Shown here one piece after another: positions 20,069 to 29,477 of a DNA stretch of 64,000 nt (position 1 is its first letter; the number at the start of each line of letters is the position of its first letter). Under the pieces are notes generated by a model that searched no databases, had not been told where the DNA came from, and worked only from the letters and a program-made list of their open reading frames with translations. The position numbers and the translations under genes are program-made. This DNA is from an uncultured virus (IMG/VR IMGVR_UViG_2660238005_000005) (taxonomy: Duplodnaviria > Heunggongvirae > Uroviricota > Caudoviricetes): IMG/VR virus record IMGVR_UViG_2660238005_000005, one strand, 5' to 3'.

Positions 20069-20292
20069 CAGATCCCCTTGCCTCCGCTGTAGAGGCGAAC
20101 CTGGCGCGAGCGGCGGTTGTTCGTAGCCGCCTCCAGGGCTGCGGCTTCGGCGTACTGCTGCTCCAGAACGCGCAGACTCGCCAGTTGCGCGCGGTCGACT
20201 TGGCGGTCTCCCTTGCGCACCGACTGCCCTTTTTTCAGGATGTCCTGAATCGCCACCCGGACCTCGTCCAGGCGCTGCTGCGCTGTGCTCAT
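20068..20292 (-). CDS. Head completion protein (gpW-like)
   Basis: 74 aa between terL and portal. Confidence 0.7.
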   Translation of the reverse strand: MSTAQQRLDEVRVAIQDILKKGQSVRKGDRQVDRAQLASLRVLEQQYAEAAALEAATNNRRSRQVRLYSGGKGI

Positions 20293-20303
20293 GCTGACCT
20301 CGT

Positions 20304-22319
20304 CTATCGGCGGCTCAGATACCCGCTGCGCGAGGTACGCCGGCCAGTTGGTTGGGATGGTGGGTTCGCGCTCCGCGCGGGAGGTGCCGGCCGCACTGGG
20401 GCGCTTGGCGCCTCGCCCTGCGGCTCATGCTCGTCCGCTTCGTCGGCCGCGCTGGGCACCGTGGCGACTGGGTCGGCGAACAGGCTGCCTTGACCTACCG
20501 CTGCGCGCAGGCTGCTCCACTGCGGAGCGTGATAGCGATGCAAGCCGAGGAAGTGGGCCGCGGCCAGGTTGTACACGATGAGGTCGAGGGCCTCGTTTCG
20601 CTCCGACTTGGCCTTGACCCAGTCGGTGCGCTTGAACCCCTTCACGTAGCGGACCACCTTGCGCTCGGCCACGCACTGGTCGAAGAAGTCAGGGGGCAGA
20701 TCTGCGGAGAAATGCAACGCCCCGGGGCCATCCTTGAGGTGGTAGCGGTTGTAGACCCAGTCCTTCGCCGTGTCGGTGCCGACCATCCATAGTTCGGCGC
20801 CACTCTTCTCGGTGTTGCCTTGCCAGGTGACGTCGACCTTGGACGGCCGCTGGGCCAGCACTGGGCGGCCGCGCTTGCTCGCCCCCTTCACCGCCAGCAC
20901 GTTTCGCCAGCGGCGCAGGCGGGTGAACTGGTAGACCTCATGGGTATGGTGACCGCCCGAGTCGATGCAGACCGCGCAGATGGCCAGGTCCACACCGCTG
21001 ACGTGCCGATATCGAGCCTTCAGGCGCTCGTCGAGCAGCGCCCAGGTACGCTCGTCGGTCGGGTCGCCGGGGATCACCTGGAAATCGACCGTCCAGCGCT
21101 CCAGGCCCTCGCCCCAGCCCATCACCAGCATTTCCAAGCGGTTGTGCTGGGTATCGACCGCCGCGGTCAGCAGCAGCGCTCCGGCGGGTACCAGACCCAG
21201 CCGATGCCCCTCGGCCTCGGCTCGCTTGCGCAGCTCGTCCGCCTTGGTCATTTCCTCGGCGCTGTCCCATAGCCGGGCCAAGCGGGTGTTGTAGAACACC
21301 TGCATGGACCCAGGATCGCCCTTCTCCTGCAGACGCTTGGCCTCGTCGTACTCCTTCGCCAGGTCCGTCCAGGTCAACCAGCCGGGAGGCGCATACAGCG
21401 CGCTCAGCGTGAAACTGACGGTCTCGCCGTCACCGACGGCATGGGCTCGCCACTCGCCAGCGGACAGCATGGCCGCCTTGTGGTGCTCCTCAATCAGGGC
21501 GCCGCACTCCTGGTTGCAGCACATGTACTGCACAAGGCGGTACTCGGGGTCGTACTTCAGGCCCTCCCATTCCAACACCTGCATCGTTCCGCAATGCGGA
21601 CACGGGACGTAGTAGTGCCGCTGGTCACCCTGGGTGAAGAGGTCGGCGATCCGCGAAACGCCTTTCAGCGTGGGCGAGCTGGAGTAGTAGAACTTCGCGC
21701 GGCGGCCGAACGTCGAGCCGCGCGCCTCGGCCTGCTTGACCGGGTCGCCGTCGTCGTCGACGTCCATTTCCCAGCGGTCGATTTCATCGCCGTACACGTA
21801 CCGAGCGGACAACTCGGCCAGGTTGGAGGCCGAGCCGGCTGACGCGCAGTACAGCGCGCCCCCCTCGAACTCCTTGGTGTCGAGCGTGTTTCGCGAGTCG
21901 CGCGAGCGGGCCTTGGCAACGCGCGCGGTCAGCACCGGCACGGCCTTGATCGTCTTGTCGATCCGTCCTGATACCCGCTTGCTCAGTTTCTCGGTGGGCA
22001 GCAGCACCAGGATGTTGGCCGGTGCCATGTGGATACAGCCGCCGATCCAGTTCAAGGCGACCTGGGTCTTCATCAGCTGCGAGGCGATCATGGTCACCAC
22101 GCGCTTGGCTGGGAACAGCGGCGACAGGCAACGCATCGGCTCGCGCGCATAGGGGGTCCGGTCGGTGTGGTACTTGCCCGGCTCGGCCGCCCCCGTATCT
22201 GCCGGGATCATCTGGAACTCGTCCGCCCACTCATCGACCCATAGTTCGGGGTCGGGCTTCAGTCCTCGACGGTATGCCGCCAGGTACACGGCGGCACCGT
22301 CGGCATACGGTTGTTCCAT
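20304..22319 (-). CDS. terL: Terminase large subunit (lambda GpA family)
   Basis: SQLMKT Walker A variant, GDEIDR, SSPT, YYVPCPHCG, AVDTQ, RNEALD. Confidence 0.95.
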   Translation of the reverse strand: MEQPYADGAAVYLAAYRRGLKPDPELWVDEWADEFQMIPADTGAAEPGKYHTDRTPYAREPMRCLSPLFPAKRVVTMIASQLMKTQVALNWIGGCIHMAPANILVLLPTEKLSKRVSGRIDKTIKAVPVLTARVAKARSRDSRNTLDTKEFEGGALYCASAGSASNLAELSARYVYGDEIDRWEMDVDDDGDPVKQAEARGSTFGRRAKFYYSSSPTLKGVSRIADLFTQGDQRHYYVPCPHCGTMQVLEWEGLKYDPEYRLVQYMCCNQECGALIEEHHKAAMLSAGEWRAHAVGDGETVSFTLSALYAPPGWLTWTDLAKEYDEAKRLQEKGDPGSMQVFYNTRLARLWDSAEEMTKADELRKRAEAEGHRLGLVPAGALLLTAAVDTQHNRLEMLVMGWGEGLERWTVDFQVIPGDPTDERTWALLDERLKARYRHVSGVDLAICAVCIDSGGHHTHEVYQFTRLRRWRNVLAVKGASKRGRPVLAQRPSKVDVTWQGNTEKSGAELWMVGTDTAKDWVYNRYHLKDGPGALHFSADLPPDFFDQCVAERKVVRYVKGFKRTDWVKAKSERNEALDLIVYNLAAAHFLGLHRYHAPQWSSLRAAVGQGSLFADPVATVPSAADEADEHEPQGEAPSAPVRPAPPARSANPPSQPTGRRTSRSGYLSRR

Positions 22320-22322
22320 GGT

Positions 22323-22913
22323 TCAGTTCGGCTCCTTGCCCCCTTGTTCGATCTCGGCATCGAGCTGCAGGAGGCGGTCGGCATCTTCCAAGGCACGGCG
22401 CAGCGCCTGGGTCAGGCGGCGTTCGATCTCCCAGGGGTCGGTCAGTGTCACCAGGTCGCCGGCGATCTTCGGCGGCACGCCCATCAACAGATCGCGCAGA
22501 GCGCGCGCAGCGGTGAAGGCCGCGGAGTCGACACGCGCACGCTCGACCGTCTCGCCACGGCTCTTGCGGTGTTCGTCTTCTGCCAGCAGAGCCAGGGCGT
22601 ACTCCCGCCGCGCGCGGGCCTTCTGGTAGTCGGGCAGCGGTGCGGTCTGCCCTGGTGCCGGTAAGGCCGGGCTCGGGGCTGCACCTGCGCCTATGTGGGC
22701 GTACACGCCCTTCTCCACCCGCTCCTGCCGATGCCGCTCGGCCACGGCAGCCTTGCTCGGGTCTGCGCTGGCGGCCAGCAGTTCGTCGCTCGCCTGGACG
22801 TCGACCTTTCCGTCGGCGGTGAGGACGAGGCGTCCTTGCCGGACCAGCTTCGACACGTAGGCGCGCGACCAGCCTTGGCGGTCCGCGAACGCTGCCTTGG
22901 TCATGAACTCCAT
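22323..22913 (-). CDS. terS: Terminase small subunit (Nu1-like)
   Basis: N-terminal wHTH (TKAAFADRQGWSRAYVSKL), coiled coil, upstream of terL. Confidence 0.85.
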   Translation of the reverse strand: MEFMTKAAFADRQGWSRAYVSKLVRQGRLVLTADGKVDVQASDELLAASADPSKAAVAERHRQERVEKGVYAHIGAGAAPSPALPAPGQTAPLPDYQKARARREYALALLAEDEHRKSRGETVERARVDSAAFTAARALRDLLMGVPPKIAGDLVTLTDPWEIERRLTQALRRALEDADRLLQLDAEIEQGGKEPN

Positions 22914-22924
22914 GTGCGGTACCT

Positions 22925-23047
22925 GTTAACCACGATGAACCGAGGGGGTTAACCCGGTTAACCCTGTTAACTAACTTCCCGACCCAGCCACTAGCGCGAG
23001 AACGGGGTTCGAATCACCCTTGTCGGGGGCGGCGCTTCAGGGGCCCC
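22925..23047 (-). other. Putative cos packaging site (cosQ/cosN/cosB-like)
   Basis: On - strand GGGGCCCCT...CCGACAAGGGTGATTCGAACCCCGTTCTCGCGCTAG, then GTTAAC repeats, just upstream of terS as in lambda. Confidence 0.55.
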
Positions 23048-23167
23048 CGGTGCTTTTTGAGTAGCACGTCACTGCCCCGCTTTTCGCGACACCCCGTCTG
23101 CAGGCGGCCACCGCCGGCTCGGGTTGAACTAACCCCGCTCCGCCCGGCCAGGCCACCTGCCAACGGT

Positions 23168-23905
23168 TCAGCGCAACGCTTTCGCCAGGGCCCGCTCGAT
23201 GTTCGCCTCGATGCGCGCGTCGTCCTCGGCAATACGCCGAACGACTTCGTGAAACTGGAAGCGCACACGGTACTGAGGCTGGCGGACGAAGGCGAGGACC
23301 ATGGTCAACGTCCGTCCACGGCGTTCGGCGATGCCAATCGGCCGGCGGCCACGGCGCATCACGAAGTACGCCAGTTGGTGTCCCTTCGCCAGGGAGCGCG
23401 CCGACTGAGTGGCGTTTCCTTTGAACCCCGCTCGGTATTCCAGGGCGCCCAGGCCGGAGAGGATCTGGATCATCTGGCCGCGGCTCATGTTGCCGTACTG
23501 GTCCAGCCGGGCGCCCTCCGCTGGAACGACGAACATGCCCGCCGGCAGAATGCCTCGGGCTCGGAGGTTCCGCTCCGACGCCTTGTCCACCCTCGGCCCC
23601 CCGAAGACTTGGGGAGCCACCCAGTCCTCCGGCGCCTGCCCCTTCGAGGCATGGTCCTTTTCGTCCTTCACCCACAAGGCCGCCTCAAGGCGGCGCGAAG
23701 TGGCATGCAGGATGCGGACAGCGTTGCGGGTGAACGGTGTCGGCCGGTCGAAGACCTGGTCGATCTCCCCGACCAGCGCCTGATTCGCCTGGTTCGCCGT
23801 GTGGTTCAAGGCGTCGGCCAACACAGCAGCAGGCAAGTCGCCACCGAGATGCTGCAAGGACCGAACGGCGTCGTCCAAGTCCCTGGCCGAGATACTGCCG
23901 CGCAT
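23168..23905 (-). CDS. Conserved phage protein (245 aa; tail-completion-like)
   Basis: ALNHTA...FDRPTPFT...LDQYGN motifs; between holin and cos. Confidence 0.7.
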   Translation of the reverse strand: MRGSISARDLDDAVRSLQHLGGDLPAAVLADALNHTANQANQALVGEIDQVFDRPTPFTRNAVRILHATSRRLEAALWVKDEKDHASKGQAPEDWVAPQVFGGPRVDKASERNLRARGILPAGMFVVPAEGARLDQYGNMSRGQMIQILSGLGALEYRAGFKGNATQSARSLAKGHQLAYFVMRRGRRPIGIAERRGRTLTMVLAFVRQPQYRVRFQFHEVVRRIAEDDARIEANIERALAKALR

Positions 23906-23907
23906 CG

Positions 23908-24198
23908 CTACTGAATCCGCCAGACCCGGGCAAGGTTGCCCCGAGTCCGAAACAACGCCCACGCGAACACGCCGAGCAAGACGACCAGAGGCCAGGCATG
24001 CGGCGGTACAACCAGCCAGCCTTTCAGAATGTAGAGCGCTGCAGAACCAGCGCTCCCCATAACCAGCCAGGCGAGGCACGAGATACCGAACCGATAGCGT
24101 GCTTCCCCCCGCTGGTAGGTGAAGAGCCGGAGGAACATACCGACGCACAGCCAGAACGTCGCTTGCGTCAGCAGCAATTGCACCAGATGGTTACCCAT
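23908..24198 (-). CDS. Holin-family membrane protein (3 TM)
   Basis: Hydrophobic; RLFTYQRGEARYR...RGNLARVW. Confidence 0.75.
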   Translation of the reverse strand: MGNHLVQLLLTQATFWLCVGMFLRLFTYQRGEARYRFGISCLAWLVMGSAGSAALYILKGWLVVPPHAWPLVVLLGVFAWALFRTRGNLARVWRIQ

Positions 24199-24556
24199 CT
24201 TGGCCTCCTATTGCGCCAGGTCCTGCCTTACCTCGCCGGAGCAACCACAGAGAAACAGTCACCACCAGCAGCGCCGCGACAAAGGCAGCCAGACCCGAAT
24301 AGTGGAACGGCCGGTATCCGTATACATCAACGTCCTTGATTGCCGGCGCGGTCATATAGCCCATGACGAACGAGATCAGCAGAAACAGCACCCGCTGCCA
24401 GGTCGGATATTCCTTGTTCGTCGTCGAATACAGCAGAGCGCCGAACAGCGCGCCCACAGCAGCGGCCCCATCGATGCCGGCCAGATACCCGGCCAGACCG
24501 ATACCAGCGGCACCGGCCACAACAGCGGAAGCAGTCGTGCTCGCTGGTTCTCCCAT
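24191..24556 (-). CDS. Putative holin (first late gene)
   Basis: MGEPAST..., GALFGALLY, several TM segments; GAGGAG SD. Confidence 0.75.
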   Translation of the reverse strand: MGEPASTTASAVVAGAAGIGLAGYLAGIDGAAAVGALFGALLYSTTNKEYPTWQRVLFLLISFVMGYMTAPAIKDVDVYGYRPFHYSGLAAFVAALLVVTVSLWLLRRGKAGPGAIGGQDG

Positions 24557-24580
24557 CGCTAGAACTCCTCAGCCGGCGGC

Positions 24581-24614
24581 AGAAAAGAGAAAGCCCCTCG
24601 AGCGAGGGGCTTTC
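24581..24614 (-). terminator. Late-leader terminator (tR'-like)
   Basis: 12-bp perfect stem GAAAGCCCCTCG/CGAGGGGCTTTC followed by TCTTTTCT. Confidence 0.75.
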
Positions 24615-24754
24615 AGGGTGACCCGGGCGGGGTAGCTCCGGGGCGGTTTGCACAGCACGTGCATCAATCGATGCCGGCCCGCCTTGGCGGATCTCGAACA
24701 CCATGGCGGCTTTGTACTCCCCGAACGGAAAAACCGAAAGGGGGGAATTATCGG

Positions 24755-25312
24755 TTATCCCGACACGGGCTGACGGGGGCTCGCGGGGGCTGACGGGGGA
24801 GCAATTGCCGACGAACGGTATTCACCATTTACCCCGCGTACGGCCTTGCCACGCCGCGCAGCAGTGCGCCGCCGCTCCACCTTCCGGAGCGCCTTGATCG
24901 CCTCCAGCGTGCCGGCATGCCGTCGGGTCAGTTCGCATAGCACCAGCTCATGGAGGCGCTGTACCCAATTGCGATAAGTACGGTCGGTGATTTCCCCGAC
25001 CTCAAGTGCCGCGATCTGCTGTTTGACGGTGCGCGGAGGACAACTCAGATAGCGCAAGCGCGCCAAGCGCGCGAGACATGCGCCTTCCTCCCCGCGCCGT
25101 TCGATCGCATCTATGCATGCCTGAACCTCGCGTGCACGATGATCAACGGAGGTACCGCCGAGCAACAACCGAGATCCTGGCTCGCCACGCGGCGGCGCTC
25201 CCTTCCAATCGATCAGTCCGGCTAGAGGACTGGCACCAGCGCCTTCCCCACCGAGCATCTGGCCGCACTGGACTGCCCAATGCCGCAGCAACACCTCCAC
25301 TACCTCAATCAT
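24755..25312 (-). CDS. Late-gene activator/antiterminator (Q-like, PA0613-like)
   Basis: LLRHWA N-terminus, C-terminal HTH (DRTYRNWVQRLH); Q position upstream of late leader. Confidence 0.65.
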   Translation of the reverse strand: MIEVVEVLLRHWAVQCGQMLGGEGAGASPLAGLIDWKGAPPRGEPGSRLLLGGTSVDHRAREVQACIDAIERRGEEGACLARLARLRYLSCPPRTVKQQIAALEVGEITDRTYRNWVQRLHELVLCELTRRHAGTLEAIKALRKVERRRTAARRGKAVRGVNGEYRSSAIAPPSAPASPRQPVSG

Positions 25313-25339
25313 CTGACCCGCCCCCCGCTGAAACCATGA

Positions 25340-25640
25340 CCCAACACAAATCTATGCAACCCAACACATACCCAACACAGACAAAAACCAATGAAATCAA
25401 AGGTTTTCGTGAGACTGTGTTGGGTGTGTTGGGTGTGTTGGTTTTTTGGAGGGATCGCGTGGAGAATTTTTCTTGAGTAGCCAGAGAGCAATGTGAAGAA
25501 TATTTTTTGCGCGCACGCGCGCCCGGGCGCGTAAACCCAACACACCCAACACACATGTCTAAACCCCGCGTGAGACGTGGCCTGGAGGTGTGTTGGGTTT
25601 GAAAAATCGCCCAACACACGGTCAACACACTCGACACACT
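25340..25640. repeat. Iteron array (CCCAACACA, direct and inverted), putative replication origin
   Basis: About 10 copies plus degenerate ones, AT-rich core, IHF-like AATCAAAGGTTTT near 25395, directly downstream of primase. Confidence 0.75.
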
Positions 25641-25648
25641 GAGCGGAT

Positions 25649-28378
25649 TCATGCGGCCGCCCCCTTCACGTGGTCCCAATTTTCCACGTTCCAGCCAGCC
25701 CGCATTGCTCGCTGCCGCCATACGACGACATGCGCACCCAGTTCGGCCGAGGTCGGCCTGGCCGGCATGAAACACTGCTCATCCTTCGGGAAGAAGAACG
25801 CAGCGAAACGTCGCGTATTGCGATCCGTCCAAGGAATCGCTCGCGTCTTGTCGATGCCGGCGGTGCTGATAAACAGACTGAACTTCGTCTGGCTCATCGA
25901 GTGCTCTTTGTTCCGGTGGCACCACTCCAGGAACAAGGCATACAGGTCAGAGGAAAGGCAAGCTCCCCATAGACCCTCCCCCAGCTCGCCTATCCGCCAG
26001 AGGTGCAGGAAAGTCTGCCATGTTGCCCTGCTTAACGCCACCAGACGGTCCCTCGCCGGTGTACTGGGCGGCTTGGTATGTTGGTCGAAGTCTCCTAGAT
26101 CTTGCGCGAGCAGCCATCCATATAGCGCTTCCACCCCACCATTCGCCAGTTCGTGAGCGATCGCCTTCTGCCGGTCGGGCGAAAGCTTTTCCTCTGGCCA
26201 CATCACCAGAAAGCGACGGTCGTCGGGGCTGATCGGCCAGGGCATGATTTCGTTGGAAAGGAACACGGCGTTCATGTGGCTGGCTTCCTCCCAGCCGTTC
26301 ACGAACTTGCTCTCGATACGCACCGTCTGCCCGGTGATCAGTTGCTTGATCTTCCCGACCTGGTTGTAGCGCTGATCTCGGCTGACAACCTCCTCAAAAA
26401 CAGCCCACAACTTTCCGCTCTGCCAGGCATTGAAGTTCCCCTCTAGTTGGGTCTGCCCCACCGTGGCCGAATACTGGCCATAAAGGCGCCCCATCACAAC
26501 GGAGAACAACAGGCTCTTGCCTGACCCTTCCATGGTGGAGTGCATGAGCACCGCGGTGTCCATCTTGGCCCCCGTATGCTGCAGCGGATATGCCAACCAA
26601 CGAACCAGCCACTCCATCGCATCCGTGTCTGCGTTGCACAAGAATTCAATGAGCCACCGCAGGTTCTCGCATGCTGCGTCATCGCGCTTGGGCTCCAGAG
26701 GCAACCCCTCGAAGGTGTTGATGGTCTCCTTCGGGTCAGATGACATCGTTGGGTCGAAAACGATGTTGTTCACGTCCACTACCCGCCGCTCCGGGCTGTT
26801 GAGCCATAGGCTGTAGGCGTCTCCTAGGGCCATTTTTACCGCGCCTTCCGGCACACGCCGTTTCTTCGCGTAGTCCCATACATCCTTAGTACCGTCGATG
26901 TACACGTATCGGGTCAGAGGCGGCATGCTCACTGGCCCTATTGCTTTGCCGGCCATCGCCCTGGCGCGCTCCCAGTCGCGCACTTGTTCCTCGCTGATCC
27001 GTTTCTTCTTCTTCGGATCAACGACTGCAGTCCACTCCTTGAAGAGATCCTTGCCGATCAGCGCTTCGAATGCGGCCCGTTTCATCTTGCGCGACTTGTC
27101 GATGTCCCACACGTTGGTGGTCCCTTCGATCAATGCATATCGCCGCAGCGCCTTCGCCAGAGTGAGGCCCTCCCCCGTCCCCCCGTCATCCGCGGAGTCG
27201 CCGTCAAGACCGTCGCCTGTATCAGATGGGGCGTGGGGAAGCTCTCCGCCGGCCGCACTAGGGGGGAGATCGGATGCACCTGGCTCGGGCGGCGGAGAGG
27301 GCGGCCTGACCTGGTGCTCGATGCCCAGCAGACGCGCAGCTGCTCGCACAGCGTTGGACTGGTTGCCGTTGTGCTCAAGCAGGCAGTACACGTCGAACGC
27401 ATCGTTCTGATGGCCGTTGGCTAGAGGATCTGAGCCATGGTGTGAATACACCCTTCCCTCGCTGACCGTCACGCCCGGCAACCCGGTACTACTTTGAGGG
27501 CACAGCCACTTCTTCCCCCGCTTGAGGTAGCCGTGCGCCTCAAGCAGCGCCTCGATATCGTGTGCGCGGTTGAAGGCATCGATAACCGAACCGGCACTAC
27601 CAGTCGCCGCCGGGCGCTTCGGTTTGGCGACCTTCATCGGTTTCTGCGGAGCCGGCGCCCAGGGGCAGGCCGCCTCGGCGTCACGCTTGAACGCATCCCA
27701 GTTGTTCCAGACACTGAGCAGAATGTCCGGCAGGAGCGGCAAACCCTCGCTTGATGGCGGGTTTCGCCAGGTGTAGGGCTCGCCGGTACCAGGGTGAATG
27801 GAGGGAGGCAACACGTCTTGGACCAACCCACCGCGAAGTTCAAACACGGTGAAGCGCCGGAGGCTATCCGCCTTGGCTTTCATCGCAGCAATCTGCGCCT
27901 GGTCACCCTTTTCTTTCGCCGCTCGAAGCGCTGCCTGGGCCAACTTGAACTTCGAGCCGTCCGGGTCGGCTTCGTTCGGCCAGTTGAGAGAATGTCGACT
28001 CAAGTCGATGCCGTCTGGCATCTTGAACAGGATCCGGAAACGTTCGGGGTTACCAACTGCGGTGGGGTACACCAGAGGCAAGGCGTCCAGGTCCAGACCG
28101 AGCAGGTCAAAGAGCACCTGGCGCGTCGCCGGTACATCGTCCACGTCCAGCGAACATACCCGACTGGGCCCGAGCACTACGCCCATGTTGTGCTTCGGGT
28201 GCTTCGTCCAGAACGCCTCAGCCTGGGCTGGGTCGGTAAAGTACCCGCCGGGCTGATTCCAGCGTTCTCCCTTTGGCGCTTTCTCGCCCGGGTCAATGGG
28301 GACCAGTGCCAACCCAAATTGCTCAATGTAGCGGCGCGCCCAGGCGGAGATAGGGCGTGGGGAAGTCTGCTTGTTCAC
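25649..28378 (-). CDS. Bifunctional primase/polymerase fused to superfamily-3 (D5-like) helicase
   Basis: N-terminal Prim-Pol (LDVD, VLPPSIHP), Walker A EGSGKS, FEE, FLSN, DRRF. Confidence 0.88.
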   Translation of the reverse strand: MNKQTSPRPISAWARRYIEQFGLALVPIDPGEKAPKGERWNQPGGYFTDPAQAEAFWTKHPKHNMGVVLGPSRVCSLDVDDVPATRQVLFDLLGLDLDALPLVYPTAVGNPERFRILFKMPDGIDLSRHSLNWPNEADPDGSKFKLAQAALRAAKEKGDQAQIAAMKAKADSLRRFTVFELRGGLVQDVLPPSIHPGTGEPYTWRNPPSSEGLPLLPDILLSVWNNWDAFKRDAEAACPWAPAPQKPMKVAKPKRPAATGSAGSVIDAFNRAHDIEALLEAHGYLKRGKKWLCPQSSTGLPGVTVSEGRVYSHHGSDPLANGHQNDAFDVYCLLEHNGNQSNAVRAAARLLGIEHQVRPPSPPPEPGASDLPPSAAGGELPHAPSDTGDGLDGDSADDGGTGEGLTLAKALRRYALIEGTTNVWDIDKSRKMKRAAFEALIGKDLFKEWTAVVDPKKKKRISEEQVRDWERARAMAGKAIGPVSMPPLTRYVYIDGTKDVWDYAKKRRVPEGAVKMALGDAYSLWLNSPERRVVDVNNIVFDPTMSSDPKETINTFEGLPLEPKRDDAACENLRWLIEFLCNADTDAMEWLVRWLAYPLQHTGAKMDTAVLMHSTMEGSGKSLLFSVVMGRLYGQYSATVGQTQLEGNFNAWQSGKLWAVFEEVVSRDQRYNQVGKIKQLITGQTVRIESKFVNGWEEASHMNAVFLSNEIMPWPISPDDRRFLVMWPEEKLSPDRQKAIAHELANGGVEALYGWLLAQDLGDFDQHTKPPSTPARDRLVALSRATWQTFLHLWRIGELGEGLWGACLSSDLYALFLEWCHRNKEHSMSQTKFSLFISTAGIDKTRAIPWTDRNTRRFAAFFFPKDEQCFMPARPTSAELGAHVVVWRQRAMRAGWNVENWDHVKGAAA

Positions 28379-28412
28379 AGGCTACCTCCTTTACCTACAG
28401 CCGCACGCCCGG

Positions 28413-28631
28413 TCAGGCCAGCGCATGCATCGCTTGTGCCCAACTGACCAAGCGCGCACCGCGTGGAATCTTGGGATGCTCGACGTTCGTGAGGACCAGG
28501 GCCCCGCTTGGGATTGCCGAATAGCCGTCCCAGTCGTCGACGATCTGCTGGCAACCGAATGCCTTGGCCAGGGCTGTGGCATTGCGAGTTTTTCCGGCAC
28601 GCGCAGGTGCCGCAATGATGATTGTTTGCAT
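28413..28631 (-). CDS. Small hypothetical protein with P-loop-like motif (72 aa)
   Basis: MQTIIIAAPARAGKT; AGGG SD. Confidence 0.55.
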   Translation of the reverse strand: MQTIIIAAPARAGKTRNATALAKAFGCQQIVDDWDGYSAIPSGALVLTNVEHPKIPRGARLVSWAQAMHALA

Positions 28632-28711
28632 GGGGCTTTCCCTTGATAAGAAGTGGGTACTGACTGAATGGATGTGCACAGAGGAATGCACTGGCGATGT
28701 GTTGCGGCACC

Positions 28712-28924
28712 TCACGCATTGCAACGCTCTCGGCGCGTCTGACACTCGACACAACAATCACATCCGGGTACCGCCAGCCGGCGAGCAGCTGGGATCTCCT
28801 CGCCGCAATCCTCACAGACGGTTTCGCTGATGCTGTAGGCCGGCGCTGGCCGGCGGCGGGCGGAGAGTGCTGCCTGCAGGTGTAACTCCTCTAGCAGGGA
28901 AGCGCGGTCGACGTCGTCAGCCAT
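28712..28924 (-). CDS. TraR/DksA C4 zinc-finger protein (PtrB-like)
   Basis: MADDVDRAS...CEDCGEEIPAARRLAVPGCDCCVECQ. Confidence 0.9.
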   Translation of the reverse strand: MADDVDRASLLEELHLQAALSARRRPAPAYSISETVCEDCGEEIPAARRLAVPGCDCCVECQTRRERCNA

Positions 28925-29417
28925 GAACGCCTTCCTCCTGATCTTTCTCCATTGCTTGGCGAGCGCCCGCCATGATGCCCAGGACAGCGCGAATCACGTT
29001 CGCACCGTGATACTCCAAGTCGGCAACCTCATCAGGCTCCCAACGATTGTCGTCCGCACCTTTATGCAAGCTGGCAACGAACTCGCCCTCGCGTTGGAGC
29101 AGGTCCCCTACTGCCTTAAGAGCGGAGGCCGTGGCGTTGACCGCTTCGGGCCGATACCAGACCGCTCCGGCAGGACGCACAAGGGCGGCGAGCAGGCGAG
29201 GATCAGAGGTCAGGCGAATAATGTCCTCAAGCTCATCCGGGTTCAGCCAACGCCGCTCCTCATCCAGCTTGAGTTTCTTCTGCAGGTCCTCGTAGGGGAC
29301 CATCATTTCGAGGGCCAGCTTGGTGAGCCCGCCCTGATAATCGCGCCCTGCGCGATAGAGTGCCTCGCGGAGGCTGAACACCGGACCGGCGTTCGGCAAA
29401 AGGTCTTTCCGGCTCAT
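28917..29417 (-). CDS. Phage regulatory CII-family protein (166 aa)
   Basis: AGGAG SD; MSRKDLLP...LQKKLK; position after cro. Confidence 0.65.
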   Translation of the reverse strand: MSRKDLLPNAGPVFSLREALYRAGRDYQGGLTKLALEMMVPYEDLQKKLKLDEERRWLNPDELEDIIRLTSDPRLLAALVRPAGAVWYRPEAVNATASALKAVGDLLQREGEFVASLHKGADDNRWEPDEVADLEYHGANVIRAVLGIMAGARQAMEKDQEEGVHG

Positions 29418-29419
29418 AA

Positions 29420-29471
29420 CCGTAAATGCTCCTTTTACGGTGTAGCCATCGAGCAAGGTAGGCCCTACTCT
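29420..29471 (+). promoter_or_regulatory. PRE-like promoter antisense to cro, with upstream palindrome
   Basis: TAGCCA-17-TACTCT (29443-29471); CCGTAAA-N7-TTTACGG (29420-29440) just upstream of -35. Confidence 0.5.
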
Positions 29472-29477
29472 ATGACC

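Noticed and set aside
25305..25775. ORFs with CVGCVG-type repeats and a possible CRISPR-like array
   Set aside because: The peptide repeats are translations of 9-bp iterons; repeats are too short, in both orientations and irregularly spaced, and no cas genes are present
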